This document shows, one piece after another, positions 39,007 to 49,055 of a stretch of DNA of 64,000 nucleotides (its first letter is position 1; the number at the start of each line of letters is the position of its first letter). Source of the stretch: an uncultured bacterium. GTDB lineage: Bacteria > Lernaellota > Lernaellaia > JACKCT01. The stretch spans positions 287 to 64,286 of the forward strand of contig CAZQAE010000016.1 in the NCBI GenBank assembly GCA_964591275.1, read 5' to 3'. Made by a program: the position numbers and the translations under genes. The notes under the pieces are model-generated. The model saw only the letters and a program-made list of their open reading frames with translations, did not search any database and was not told where the DNA came from.

Positions 39007-40094
39007 TATTTCTCACAGTTCGCCACAAGATGGGTCCGTTGATAAAGCTTCCGACTTTCTTTGAAAAACTCACCTTCGTCCGGAGTATTTTCAAAGAGTT
39101 CCACAATCCTCCGGACGAACTTCACTGATTCCACCTGCATCTTCGGTTCCAGAGTCCGGTTGACGACCTTGAGATAGCGGCAGCCGGCCCGAACCAGTCC
39201 AGGGAGCGCACAGGCGCCGCAGGTCCAGACGTGATGGTGCTCACGGAGAACCTGAAGGGTTTGCTTCACGGCGTTTTTGTTGTTTGAAAGCTTATCCGGG
39301 TGGTACCGCTGCCTGCAGGCGAGAGGAGAGGGGAAGAAACGAAACATGATTCTTTGCAGGAGAATATGGATGGGCGGAGGGATAGCTGATTTGAGCGCCT
39401 GAAACCGTTCACCTCGAATCAATTTCAGATGGCCGACCGGGGATTCTCCAGTGTGATGATGGAAATTGCAATGGCCATCATCGAAGAAACATCTCTCGCG
39501 ATAAAAAAGGATCTCCGTAGAGACACCCTCGGCCTCAATTTTACTGATCTGATCGTGCGCAAAGTGCCGGGGGAGAATGATGCGTGTAAAGCCGAGACTT
39601 TTTAACAAGCGGACTGTCTCAACCGTGCCGCAGTTCATGGTGGAGCTGGCATGAAGTTGGATGCCCGGAAACCGTTTGTTTAGCTCCATGGCCAAGCCCA
39701 TATCCTTGACGACAATCCGGTCAATCCCGATTGCCACAGCTTTTTCTGCGATGTCCAGGGCCATCAGCATCTGTTGGTCAGTACAGGAAACGTTTAACAA
39801 AAGGCAAACCGGTACGTTATACTCTTTCGTGATTTCAACCAATTTCCGTAATTCGGCAAGATCCTTCAGGTTTTCCGAATGACGACCTCTCCTTGTCAGC
39901 CCTCGCGTACCCACGGAATTGCAACCGGCCTCCACGTTGATTCCGCAATAAAATTCCCTTGCGCCGGCCTGTATCAAAGGGACAGCGTTGCTTGCCTGAC
40001 TTATCCCGGAGCAGATGGCAGTGCCCATGAATGGGCTCCTTTTTGAAGCTGTAATCCCCCCACTTAAGAGACTGTCGATAAGCTCACTTAGCAA
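38979..40094 (-). CDS. U32-family protein (peptidase U32 / UbiU-RlhA-TrhP-like)
   Basis: AGAREFYCG, ...KEYNVPVCLLLN, IDRIVVKDMG, QLHASSTMN, ILPRH typical of the U32 TIM-barrel, with Cys-rich segments. The start may be ATG 40028 rather than TTG 40094. Confidence 0.6.
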   Translation of the reverse strand: MLSELIDSLLSGGITASKRSPFMGTAICSGISQASNAVPLIQAGAREFYCGINVEAGCNSVGTRGLTRRGRHSENLKDLAELRKLVEITKEYNVPVCLLLNVSCTDQQMLMALDIAEKAVAIGIDRIVVKDMGLAMELNKRFPGIQLHASSTMNCGTVETVRLLKSLGFTRIILPRHFAHDQISKIEAEGVSTEILFYRERCFFDDGHCNFHHHTGESPVGHLKLIRGERFQALKSAIPPPIHILLQRIMFRFFPSPLACRQRYHPDKLSNNKNAVKQTLQVLREHHHVWTCGACALPGLVRAGCRYLKVVNRTLEPKMQVESVKFVRRIVELFENTPDEGEFFKESRKLYQRTHLVANCEKYCYYPKGEM

Positions 40095-40208
40095 CGAGGG
40101 GCCAATTTTTGCAACCTGACGCGCCGTTCGTTTACGTCATTTTTCCTCAAGCCGCAGCCTGAACCTTTCTTTCGCCTTCCGTGGCCGTTTGGAAGGCCAT
40201 AATCCGTC

Positions 40209-40231
40209 ACAAAAGTGGGCGCAACGCGCCC
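40209..40231 (-). terminator. Possible intrinsic terminator downstream of rhaM
   Basis: On the minus strand, GGGCGC-GTT-GCGCCC followed by ACTTTTGT. Confidence 0.35.
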
Positions 40232-40481
40232 AGAAGGGACCAGGCGCGATTCAGGTTGTAAGCTGAGCAGTACAGAGCAAATTCCAAGCGCACTCCCGCC
40301 AAACCCCGGCGACGAAAGCGTTTCAATCCAAGGCGCTCACGCAGTTCCGCGAATACCGGTATCCAAAGACCAGACCTGCCTGATAAATTTTTACTACGGA
40401 ATTGTCAGTCACCGCCTTGTCAACTTTTGGCGCAGGCGGGAGTTTCGCTGCCGGGCGATTTACACTCATAAGCTCTTTGCC

Positions 40482-40811
40482 CTAATCCAGGTGAAACACT
40501 TCTTCCAGCTCGATCATGTTCAGTTCGGGGCTGTCTTCGTCAATCGCCTCAAAGAAGGGCATCATCAAATCCTGCCATTTCGTGTTAATGACTTCCGTTG
40601 ACATGCCCTCCCAGGCAGCCTGAAAGCTGTCGGGCGTTTCAAAATATCCGAAAACCTGACCGTCGCTTTGCATAAACAGCGAATAGTTATGCCAACCGTG
40701 GCGAGTTAGCGCTTCGAGCATGGCCGGCCAGACAACTTCGTGACATCGTTTGTATAGCTCGATTTTATCGGCGCGAACTTTGAAAGTGAATCCTACGCGT
40801 GTCATGGACAA
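40482..40811 (-). CDS. rhaM: L-rhamnose mutarotase
   Basis: ~105-aa ferredoxin-like protein: FKVRADKIELYKRCHEVVWPAMLEAL...GWHNYSLF...YFE, as in YiiL/RhaM. Confidence 0.8.
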   Translation of the reverse strand: MSMTRVGFTFKVRADKIELYKRCHEVVWPAMLEALTRHGWHNYSLFMQSDGQVFGYFETPDSFQAAWEGMSTEVINTKWQDLMMPFFEAIDEDSPELNMIELEEVFHLD

Positions 40812-40817
40812 TTTCCT

Positions 40818-41363
40818 TTATTCCTTTATGAGTAACGCCGCGTGACTCAGTCCTATATGCGGCTTGTCCGCCAGGCGCAAACCGATCTGCTTGCAAATTT
40901 CGATGGATTTTTTCATATCATTTCCTGTCACATGAAAACGCGGCTCGGCGATAAGAAACTTTCCGCCTGTCGCCAGCGCTGCCGCAACCTGCTCGAAAAA
41001 TCGTTTCTGATCCGGCATCTCGTGCACGGACCACATCGCCACGGCAAAATCCACGTCTTTATGTGCGCCGATGTGATCCTCGGAGCAGTGGAAGGCTTCG
41101 ATGCGCTCGGCGACGCCTTTTTTTTGCGCGCGCTTTATGAGGACATCCAGTATCTCCTGCTGTAGATCCACCGAGATGACTTTGCCGGCGTCGCCCACAA
41201 TCTCGGCAGCTGCGATGGAGAAAAAGCCCATTCCGCATCCGAGATCCATGACTGTCGCGCCCGCGCCGACGTGCGCGCCAATAATCTTTTCCGGATTCTG
41301 GAAAAGCCGCCGCCCCACGTGGTCGAAAAGGTAGGCGTGTCGCCAGTGGCATAGATCAGCCAT
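40818..41363 (-). CDS. Class I SAM-dependent methyltransferase
   Basis: VMDLGCGMGFF motif I and DFAVAMWSVHE. ATG 41363 is preferred over the longer ORF-track start. Confidence 0.7.
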   Translation of the reverse strand: MADLCHWRHAYLFDHVGRRLFQNPEKIIGAHVGAGATVMDLGCGMGFFSIAAAEIVGDAGKVISVDLQQEILDVLIKRAQKKGVAERIEAFHCSEDHIGAHKDVDFAVAMWSVHEMPDQKRFFEQVAAALATGGKFLIAEPRFHVTGNDMKKSIEICKQIGLRLADKPHIGLSHAALLIKE

Positions 41364-41483
41364 ATGGATTCCCCAATTTGATGAGCGTCTCAAATCCTGC
41401 GCTAAAACTAGTGGAAAGCTCAAATGAGGGCAAGGCGTTGTGACGGCCCCTAATCTATGAGGATGCAAGCGCGGGTTGGGAGG

Positions 41484-42077
41484 CTATTTTAATTGTTCGC
41501 GCTCGAATTTCCTCATGACATCGGCCAATTCCCGGTACGCCATTGCCGCCTCGCGTACACGGTCACTTGGCCAAAAGGAATTGTCGTTTAGCAAATCTTC
41601 AACCGTACCCGGGCCGATTTTCCAAACGTCATTTTTAGACAAGATGTCGCCTGGAATATCGAAAAAATTTGCGACAAAATAATTGGCGACGAAACGCAAG
41701 GATTCCACCGTTTGAATGTGTTTGAAACAATGATGATTTTTCGCAATAAGATTTCCCTTGAGGAGGATGCGTTTGCTCTTGACGAAATCGAAAACACAGC
41801 CGGCTCTTTCATCGTCGCAATTAAAGGCGATGAAGTTGTCTTGAAAAGTCAGATCCTCAGCAAAAGACAGGTCGATGGCCTGGTGGGTGCATTTTGTCAG
41901 CGCGCACCCCTCGACCAGAAGGCGTTTGCTTTTCCAGCCCGCCACTGCGGACCAGCCTGATCCATACAACACGCAATTTTTTATCGTGATATCATTGGCC
42001 TCACAAAGCCAGGTCACGCCGCCCGAGCACGTCTGCGCTGGATGCCCCGCGTGTCCGAAGTGGATATTCTCGATCAA
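41484..42077 (-). CDS. Right-handed parallel beta-helix repeat protein (possibly truncated)
   Basis: Repeating ITIKNCVLYGSG / LLVEGCALTKC / LTFQDNFIAFNC units. A TTG start is the only option. Confidence 0.4.
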   Translation of the reverse strand: MIENIHFGHAGHPAQTCSGGVTWLCEANDITIKNCVLYGSGWSAVAGWKSKRLLVEGCALTKCTHQAIDLSFAEDLTFQDNFIAFNCDDERAGCVFDFVKSKRILLKGNLIAKNHHCFKHIQTVESLRFVANYFVANFFDIPGDILSKNDVWKIGPGTVEDLLNDNSFWPSDRVREAAMAYRELADVMRKFEREQLK

Positions 42078-42293
42078 AATGCGACGGTTATCATCGCCGA
42101 TGGAATGTGGCGTTTTCTTAAGGTGTTTTTCGACAAATAATTTCCTTCATCAATGATTGCGTGCGTAGCGACATTTTAGCATGTTGACTTTATAAGGGCG
42201 CAATTGGACTGTGCAAGGTGTTTTCAGTGCATAGCTTAATGCAAGTAAGCTCGGTTTCAGGTCAATTATGAAAACAAAGGAGTAAGGTGAATT

Positions 42294-43118
42294 ATGGATT
42301 TTAAGGGGCGATGCGTGTACGTGAGCGGCGGATCAAGCGGGATCGGCCTCGCGGCGGCCAGGCTTTTTTCTTCGAAGGGCGCGGATGTATTCATTTTCTC
42401 CATCGACGATGAAGATGCCATGCGCGCAGCCTTGGGGAAGATTAGCGGCGCGAAACGAACAGAGGCACAGCGTTTTGATTATCTAAAACTTGACGTGTCG
42501 GACGAAAAGGTGGTCGCAGAAAAACTCGCAAGCGCCGCCGATTCTTTCGGGTCGCCATACGTGATCATCAACAGCGCCGGGATCGGCGGCGCGGTGTATT
42601 TTGAAAAACTTAGCTTTGAACGCTTCGACGCCACGATGAAAATTAATCTTTACGGCACGCGCAATGTTATCGCGGCGCTATTGCCACGCATGAAAGCAGG
42701 CGGCGGCTACATTGTGAACGTCTCTTCCTTTAGCGGGTTGGTGGGTATTGTCGGCTATACGGCCTACGCCTCGTCGAAATTCGCCGTGGTGGGATTTTCC
42801 CAGTCGCTAAGAGCGGAGTTGAAGCCAGACGGCATTTTTGTGTCGGTCATGTGCCCGCCGCAGGTGGATACGCCGCTACTGGTCAAGACCGATCCCGACA
42901 AACCGCCCGAAACCAAAGCGATCAATGACCGGGCGGGCATACTTAGTGCGCAGGAAGTTACCGAGTATATGTTTCGCGCCATGATGAAAAAGGAGTTTCT
43001 CATCATCCCCGGCGCCAAAGCGAAAATTTTTCACCTCTTCAATCGGCTGCTGCCGACCGTGCGGGAGCGAATAACGAATCGCCTTGTGGACAAGGTGAGA
43101 AAACAAACACGGGCTTAA
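42294..43118 (+). CDS. Short-chain dehydrogenase/reductase (SDR)
   Basis: VSGGSSGIGLAAA cofactor motif and YASSK active site. Confidence 0.75.
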   Translation: MDFKGRCVYVSGGSSGIGLAAARLFSSKGADVFIFSIDDEDAMRAALGKISGAKRTEAQRFDYLKLDVSDEKVVAEKLASAADSFGSPYVIINSAGIGGAVYFEKLSFERFDATMKINLYGTRNVIAALLPRMKAGGGYIVNVSSFSGLVGIVGYTAYASSKFAVVGFSQSLRAELKPDGIFVSVMCPPQVDTPLLVKTDPDKPPETKAINDRAGILSAQEVTEYMFRAMMKKEFLIIPGAKAKIFHLFNRLLPTVRERITNRLVDKVRKQTRA

Positions 43119-43192
43119 GACCGCCGTAGCGATTTGCATTCAAAAAACATAGTCGGCAATGGGTCAGCATCATGGGATGCTCATTTGCGTAG

Positions 43193-43921
43193 CTATGGCA
43201 GTTTTCCACAAACAGCTTTGTAGTGCGAGATTTTGGCGTTTTCGAAGGCATTTTGGATTGCTTCGACAAGGACGGCGGCGTGCGTGCCGCAAGGGGAAAC
43301 GGACACGTAAACGATCCGATATTCAATGAAATTGCGCCACGGCTTTTTGTCAGCCTGCAAGACCTTCCGGGGGCCGCCCTTTCGGCGCATGGCGATGGAA
43401 AACTTGGATTTTGTAGCCCAGGGATTATCTTTGTTTGGGAAAACTTCATCCGATAATTTTATCTCGTAACTTATGCCGCCCGAGGTGAATGACACGCGCT
43501 TTGAGCCGAACTGCCTGAGCTTCGTGTCGCTTTCGGTCCATTGCGCCGTACGTTTTTTGTAAACCTCTCGCCCCATTGTCTTTTCAATGCCGCGCGCCTT
43601 CAATTTACGACGGACATCGCGCTGGAAAGCCCGTATGCCGCTTTCGATCTTGTCTTCATCTTGCACGCCGGTCTTTTCCGAGACTTCCTTCTTCCAGGTC
43701 TTGTGAAAGTCGTTTTTCGCGGCATTGATAACGTAGATCTTTGCCGTTTTTCCCACCATCGCCCCGCCGGAATAATCCCCCTCCTCGCCGAACGCCCAGT
43801 ACTTGCTGCTTTCCGACCAGCCATAGATGGAAAGGGAAGTGTAAGAAGATTCCGCCGCGGAGATAGCGGGGCATAATAAAAACATCGCAACAATGCCGAA
43901 AATCAAAAGGCGCTTCATCAT
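43193..43921 (-). CDS. Secreted hypothetical protein (possibly DUF2259-like)
   Basis: Signal peptide MMKRLLIFGIVAMFLLCPAISA. The DUF2259 resemblance (GWSESSKYWAFGEEGDYSGG...IYVIN) is from memory only. Confidence 0.35.
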   Translation of the reverse strand: MMKRLLIFGIVAMFLLCPAISAAESSYTSLSIYGWSESSKYWAFGEEGDYSGGAMVGKTAKIYVINAAKNDFHKTWKKEVSEKTGVQDEDKIESGIRAFQRDVRRKLKARGIEKTMGREVYKKRTAQWTESDTKLRQFGSKRVSFTSGGISYEIKLSDEVFPNKDNPWATKSKFSIAMRRKGGPRKVLQADKKPWRNFIEYRIVYVSVSPCGTHAAVLVEAIQNAFENAKISHYKAVCGKLP

Positions 43922-43959
43922 TGCTACACCCCAAATGAGAAGAAATCATCCGTAGCGTT

Positions 43960-45873
43960 CTACTGAATATATCCCAGGCTTTTCAATTTTTGAATCGTTT
44001 CGGGGTCCAGTTTGTGCCTGACGGCCTGGCCTTCATTTTCGGCAAGATCCGTGTAAGCCTGCTTGATCGAGCCTTCCAAAGCCGGCGCCGCGTCGGGCGC
44101 GTAGATATTCATTGTTTCACCGGGATCGACCGCAAGATTGAATAGCTCGAAATCGTGGTCCACAAGCATGTCGCCCTTATGAATTTTTGTTGGAGAGTGG
44201 AGCTTTTTGTCCGGCAGGCGGGCCATGAAACGCGCCGGGCCGAAGATGCGGCAATCACCCATAATCGGACCGTCGGCGGCAATGTCGTGCAGCACCTGCA
44301 ACACGCCGTCGGACTTGTTGCAAATCGCGGCGCCGCCCGTGTTTTCCGACGATTGCGCCACACGCAAAATCAGCTCGGCGATGGCGCTTTGCGGGATCTG
44401 CCCTGCGCTGTAGCGCGTTCCGGCGCACGGAGAATTTGGCGCCTTGATGATCATTGGCACGCGCGTGAGCTCCTCGTACATCGTGGCCGAGTGACCCATC
44501 TGTCCGTGTTCTAAAAACTCCTCGCCGTGATCAGACACCACGATGATCCATGCCTTGTCGTAAAGCCCGGAATCTTTCAGGGATTTGAATAACCACCCAA
44601 GCTGATGGTCAACGTAGGTGATCTCCTCGTCGTATCGGTCGATGGTCTGTTGCAGGCGCGTCTCCGGTTTTTCCTTCACCCATTTTGCAAACTCGAAAAA
44701 GTTTCGGAGTTGCATGCGCTGCATGCCCTGGTTCACCGGACTGTATTTTCCCAGCAAGGGCGGACAATGATAGGGATAATGTGGGTCGAAGATATGAAGA
44801 AATAGAAAAGACGGATTATCGCTCATCGAAAGCCAGGACAGTCCACGCTTAACGATGGTTTGGGCGTGATAATCCAGGTTCATTTCATATCGGTTGAATC
44901 CGGCGCTGTATCCGAAATTTGGCGCCAGCAAAAGCCCGCTGGTCACGGCGCCGTTTCGATAACCACGCTCTTTGAGGAGTTCGGGGAAAAGCGGCGTGCG
45001 CGGACTGAATCGATGTGCCTGAGTGTGAAGGCCATGTTCCGCCGGGGCCAACCCGGAAAACATTGTGGCATGCGTGGGCAGGGTCCAGGGAGCCTGGGAA
45101 ATGAACTGCTCCACCACAACGCCGTCAGCGGCTAGGGCGTCCAGATTCGGCGTCGTGAGGCGCTCGTAGCCGTAAATCGACATGTGGTCGGCGCGCAGCG
45201 TATCAATACTAATCCATATGACGGGAGGATGATCCGCCGGTGCGTGATGCCTTTCGCCAACGAAAAAGGCCATCATGAAAAGCCCATTGACCGCCAGGGC
45301 GACCACGGCGAATCGCCCGGGCCATTGGCGCTCACGGCATGGTTTCGGCTCGGCGCGGAAAATGCGGCGCTCGATATAGGAAAGAGGGATAATGGCGATT
45401 GTCGCCAAAATGCCCGCGATGACTATTGAGGCCAGTCGCTGCGGCCACGTGGCTTGCACGACCTCGGCCAGAGCCAGCAGGGCGATGCCGTAAACAAGGT
45501 TCACCTGTTGCCCGGTATAGGCGGCCGAAGCGGCCATGCGGCTCCAGCCCGGCAAGTTGTACGCAATAAAACAGGCGACGCCGACAATACCCAGGCCGAT
45601 GACCAGGAAAAAGGCGCGGCGAGCTCTGCGGGGATGATTCGTCAGTGCCTTGGCCAGGACGAGGACGAGGGCCAGCCAGAATCCGAAGGCTACTCCCGCC
45701 GCCAGTCCCGGCGCGAGCCAGTGTCGCATCGTGAAGTCCGCTAGGTTCGGAAGCTCGCGGGCAATGTAGCCATGGCGCAGAATGTTGAGCTTGCCCGCCA
45801 GCCATCCCAAAAGAATCAGTGGCATGGCGGCCAACATCCATATCTTCCAGAATTGCTGCAGGCGCTCTTTCAT
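43960..45873 (-). CDS. Membrane-anchored sulfatase / alkaline-phosphatase-superfamily protein
   Basis: Five or six N-terminal TM segments, then WISIDTLRADHMSIYGY, ...VVSDHGEEF typical of sulfatase/LtaS-like domains. Confidence 0.7.
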   Translation of the reverse strand: MKERLQQFWKIWMLAAMPLILLGWLAGKLNILRHGYIARELPNLADFTMRHWLAPGLAAGVAFGFWLALVLVLAKALTNHPRRARRAFFLVIGLGIVGVACFIAYNLPGWSRMAASAAYTGQQVNLVYGIALLALAEVVQATWPQRLASIVIAGILATIAIIPLSYIERRIFRAEPKPCRERQWPGRFAVVALAVNGLFMMAFFVGERHHAPADHPPVIWISIDTLRADHMSIYGYERLTTPNLDALAADGVVVEQFISQAPWTLPTHATMFSGLAPAEHGLHTQAHRFSPRTPLFPELLKERGYRNGAVTSGLLLAPNFGYSAGFNRYEMNLDYHAQTIVKRGLSWLSMSDNPSFLFLHIFDPHYPYHCPPLLGKYSPVNQGMQRMQLRNFFEFAKWVKEKPETRLQQTIDRYDEEITYVDHQLGWLFKSLKDSGLYDKAWIIVVSDHGEEFLEHGQMGHSATMYEELTRVPMIIKAPNSPCAGTRYSAGQIPQSAIAELILRVAQSSENTGGAAICNKSDGVLQVLHDIAADGPIMGDCRIFGPARFMARLPDKKLHSPTKIHKGDMLVDHDFELFNLAVDPGETMNIYAPDAAPALEGSIKQAYTDLAENEGQAVRHKLDPETIQKLKSLGYIQ

Positions 45874-45904
45874 GAAGTTCCACCCGGCGGCAAAAAGGAT
45901 ATTC

Positions 45905-46657
45905 CTAAAGGAATTTCACAATGCGCGCGAAGGATTCCGCCTTGAGCGCCGCGCCGCCGACGAGGGCGCCGTCGATATCCGGGCAGGCCATCAGATCGTC
46001 CACATTGTCGGGCTTGACCGAACCGCCATACTGAATGCGTATGGCCTGCGCGAGGTCCGCGCTATAAATATCTCCAAGGACTTTGCGGATGAATGCGTGG
46101 ATTTCCTGCGCCTGATCCGGTGTCGCCACCTTGCCGGTTCCGATGGCCCAAACCGGTTCGTAAGCCAGGACGATCTTTTCAAGATCCTCGGCGCTAAGAC
46201 CCAGCAGGCCTTCGCGCAGTTGCGTTTCAATCAAGGCCGTCGCGCCATGCGCTTCGCGGACGTCCAGCTTTTCTCCGACGCAATATATCGGCGTAATATC
46301 GGCCAAAAGCAGCGACTTGATTTTTCCGTTGCACGATTCACTTGTCTCGCTGTGAAATTGTCGTCTTTCCGAATGGCCGACCAGGCAATACTTTGCGCCG
46401 ACGCTTTTGATCATCGACGCCGAGACATCGCCGGTGAAAGCTCCAATATCTTCAGCCCGACATTCCTGCGCACCGACATCGATGGCGCTTCCCTTCACGA
46501 TCCTCGCCACGGATTCGATAAATGGATAGGGGGGAATGAGAACAATATCGCGGTCTTTAATGTCCCCAACAGCTTCAACGAGCAGCCTGGCCAGGGTTCC
46601 CGCGGAATCCAGATCCGTGTACATTTTCCAATTGCCGGCCAGAATATATCGACGCAT
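45905..46657 (-). CDS. tpiA: Triosephosphate isomerase
   Basis: AGNWKM, GHSERR, AYEPVWAIGTG, QYGGSV motifs. Confidence 0.95.
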   Translation of the reverse strand: MRRYILAGNWKMYTDLDSAGTLARLLVEAVGDIKDRDIVLIPPYPFIESVARIVKGSAIDVGAQECRAEDIGAFTGDVSASMIKSVGAKYCLVGHSERRQFHSETSESCNGKIKSLLLADITPIYCVGEKLDVREAHGATALIETQLREGLLGLSAEDLEKIVLAYEPVWAIGTGKVATPDQAQEIHAFIRKVLGDIYSADLAQAIRIQYGGSVKPDNVDDLMACPDIDGALVGGAALKAESFARIVKFL

Positions 46658-46669
46658 GATATTTCCCTT

Positions 46670-47893
46670 CTAAATTGGTTCTTCTTCTTTTTCTTTTTCT
46701 TCTTCCACTACATCAAGGGCGGCGAGTCCCGGCAGGACTTTGCCCTCCAAAAGCTCAAGCGAAGCTCCTCCGCCGGTGGAGATATGCGATATCTTGTCAG
46801 CCACGCCGACGGCTTTGACGGCGGCCACCGAATCGCCGCCTCCCACCACGCTTAAAGCATCGGTCTCGGCAATGGCGCGGGCGATCGCGAAGGTACCGGC
46901 GGCGAACTCCTCGATTTCAAATACTCCCATCGGTCCATTCCAGATGATGGTCTTTGCCTCGTTAATAACTTTTGCGAAGGCCTCCCGCGTTTTCGGGCCA
47001 ATATCGAGACCAATTTCATCGCTTTCGAAGCCGTCCGACGGAACGATGCGGCTTGGCGCTCCGGCTTCCATTTTCGTCGCCGCAATGTGGTCAACCGGAA
47101 GGTGAATTTTGACCCCTTTGTTTTCAGCCGAGCGGAGGATGTCCTTGGCCAAATGAAGCTTGCTCGGCTCCACTTTGCTGAGGCCGACATTCTCTCCCCT
47201 TGCCCTCAGGAAGGTGTATGCCATGGCGCCGCCAACGAGGATTGCATCGACCCGTTCGATCAGGTTTTTGATGACGCCGACCTTGTCGGACACCTTGACC
47301 CCGCCTAGAATCGCCAGGACCGGACGGGCGGGATTATCCATGGCCAGTTTAAAATATTGAATTTCCTTTCTCATCAGAAATCCGGCGCATTTTTCCCTGA
47401 CCAGGCGCGGCAGCGCGTCGATGGAGGCATGGGCTCTGTGCGAAGAACCAAAGGCGTCGTTGACATAAACATCGGTGAAATCAGCGAAAGCCTGCGCCAG
47501 GTCGGGATCATTCTTTTTCTCGCCGGGGTGGAATCGAAGGTTTTCCAGCACCATGATCTCCGCGTCTTTGATCTGATTGGCCCAAATTTTCACACCATCG
47601 GAAATGACTTCCGGCGCCTGCACGACCTCGCGGCGCAACACTTCAGCCAGGCGGCTCGCTACGGGCTCCATGATATAGCGGGGATCACGGGTTCCTTCTT
47701 TCGGACGCCCGAGATGGCTGGCGACAATCAAACGGGCTTCGTTGCGCAGGGCGTAACGAATTGTGGGCACGACGGCCAGAATCCGCGTGTCGTCAGTGAT
47801 CTCGCCCTTTTCGTTCATGGGAACATTCAGGTCGGCGCGCAGAAAAACTCGCTTGCCGCTCAGGTCGACCTCATCAATAAATTTGATGGTCAT
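46670..47893 (-). CDS. pgk: Phosphoglycerate kinase
   Basis: RADLNVP, SHLGRP, NGPMGVFE, STGGGASLE motifs, plus a short acidic C-terminal tail EEEKEKEEEPI. Confidence 0.95.
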   Translation of the reverse strand: MTIKFIDEVDLSGKRVFLRADLNVPMNEKGEITDDTRILAVVPTIRYALRNEARLIVASHLGRPKEGTRDPRYIMEPVASRLAEVLRREVVQAPEVISDGVKIWANQIKDAEIMVLENLRFHPGEKKNDPDLAQAFADFTDVYVNDAFGSSHRAHASIDALPRLVREKCAGFLMRKEIQYFKLAMDNPARPVLAILGGVKVSDKVGVIKNLIERVDAILVGGAMAYTFLRARGENVGLSKVEPSKLHLAKDILRSAENKGVKIHLPVDHIAATKMEAGAPSRIVPSDGFESDEIGLDIGPKTREAFAKVINEAKTIIWNGPMGVFEIEEFAAGTFAIARAIAETDALSVVGGGDSVAAVKAVGVADKISHISTGGGASLELLEGKVLPGLAALDVVEEEKEKEEEPI

Positions 47894-48005
47894 TGCGCAC
47901 CCTTCTTAATGTGTATTGCTTCACACGAATACTTTGGATCAATAAATCCTTCGATGCCCGCGTTTTTAAGGCCTTTAGCGTATAGCTTTCAATTATTGCG
48001 ACAAA

Positions 48006-49055
48006 CTATAGCTTGCCGCCCACCATCGCCGCCAAATCCACGAGACGGCAGGAATAGCCCCACTCATTATCATACCAGGAGAGCACTTTCAGCATTTTTT
48101 TGCCACTCATGCGTGTGAAACCCGGATCGAAGATTGAACTGTGCGAGTTGCCGGTAAAATCAACGCTGACCAAAGGCGCAACTTCATAGCCCAGAATGCC
48201 CTTCATCGGACCATCAGAAGCTGTTTTCATCGCCGCGTTGACCTCTTCCACCGTGGCGGCTTTTCCCAGATCAACCGTCAGGTCCACCAGGCTGACATTG
48301 GGCGTCGGCACGCGCACCGCCATGCCTCCGAGCTTGCCGTTGAGTTTGGGCAAAACAAGACCAATGGCCGTCGCGGCGCCGGTTTTCGTGGGAATCATCG
48401 AAACGGCGGCGGCGCGAGAACGACGCAGGTCCGGGTGGGGAGCGTCCAAAAGGCACTGGTCGGAGGTATAGGAGTGGATGGTCGTCATCAGGCCGTTTTT
48501 TATCTGAAAATTGTCATCAATGACTTTGGCGATTGGGGCCAGGCAATTCGTGGTGCAACTGGCGTTGCTGACAATATGATGGGATTTGGGATTATACACC
48601 TGGTCGTTGACGCCGAGCACGATCGTCGCGTCCACCTTTTCTTTTGCATAGGCGAACAATTTTCTTTCCTCGGCGTTGCTGGTTTTGGCCGGGGCGCTGA
48701 GAATGACCTTTTTGGCGCCGGCGCTCAGATGCATGGAAGCCTTCGCCGGAGACAAAAAGAGGCCCGTGGAATCGATAACGATATCGACTTTGAGCTTTTC
48801 CCACGGTATTTCAGCCGGATTGCGCTCGGCGAAGACCTTGATCTTGCTGGTTCCGGCCACCAGAGTGTTGCCGTCCATCCTTACGTCTTTTGGAAATGTC
48901 CCCATAACCGAATCGTATTTGAACAGGTGAGCCAGCGTGGCCGGGTCCGTAATATCGTTGATCGCGACAACTTTGATCTTTTTCGTTTCCAGCGCCCGAT
49001 GCAAAACACTGCGACCGATTCGCCCGAATCCATTGATGCCAACGCGAATTGCCAT
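48006..49055 (-). CDS. gap: Glyceraldehyde-3-phosphate dehydrogenase (type I)
   Basis: INGFGRIGR and SNASCTTNCLAP active site, WYDNEWGYS. Confidence 0.95.
   Translation of the reverse strand: MAIRVGINGFGRIGRSVLHRALETKKIKVVAINDITDPATLAHLFKYDSVMGTFPKDVRMDGNTLVAGTSKIKVFAERNPAEIPWEKLKVDIVIDSTGLFLSPAKASMHLSAGAKKVILSAPAKTSNAEERKLFAYAKEKVDATIVLGVNDQVYNPKSHHIVSNASCTTNCLAPIAKVIDDNFQIKNGLMTTIHSYTSDQCLLDAPHPDLRRSRAAAVSMIPTKTGAATAIGLVLPKLNGKLGGMAVRVPTPNVSLVDLTVDLGKAATVEEVNAAMKTASDGPMKGILGYEVAPLVSVDFTGNSHSSIFDPGFTRMSGKKMLKVLSWYDNEWGYSCRLVDLAAMVGGKL

Noticed and set aside
40206-40219. Exact 14-mer GTCACAAAAGTGGG shared with 55514-55527, as evidence of a repeat family linking the two loci
   Set aside because: A few exact 14-mer coincidences are expected by chance among all position pairs in 64 kb, and the flanking sequences do not align.
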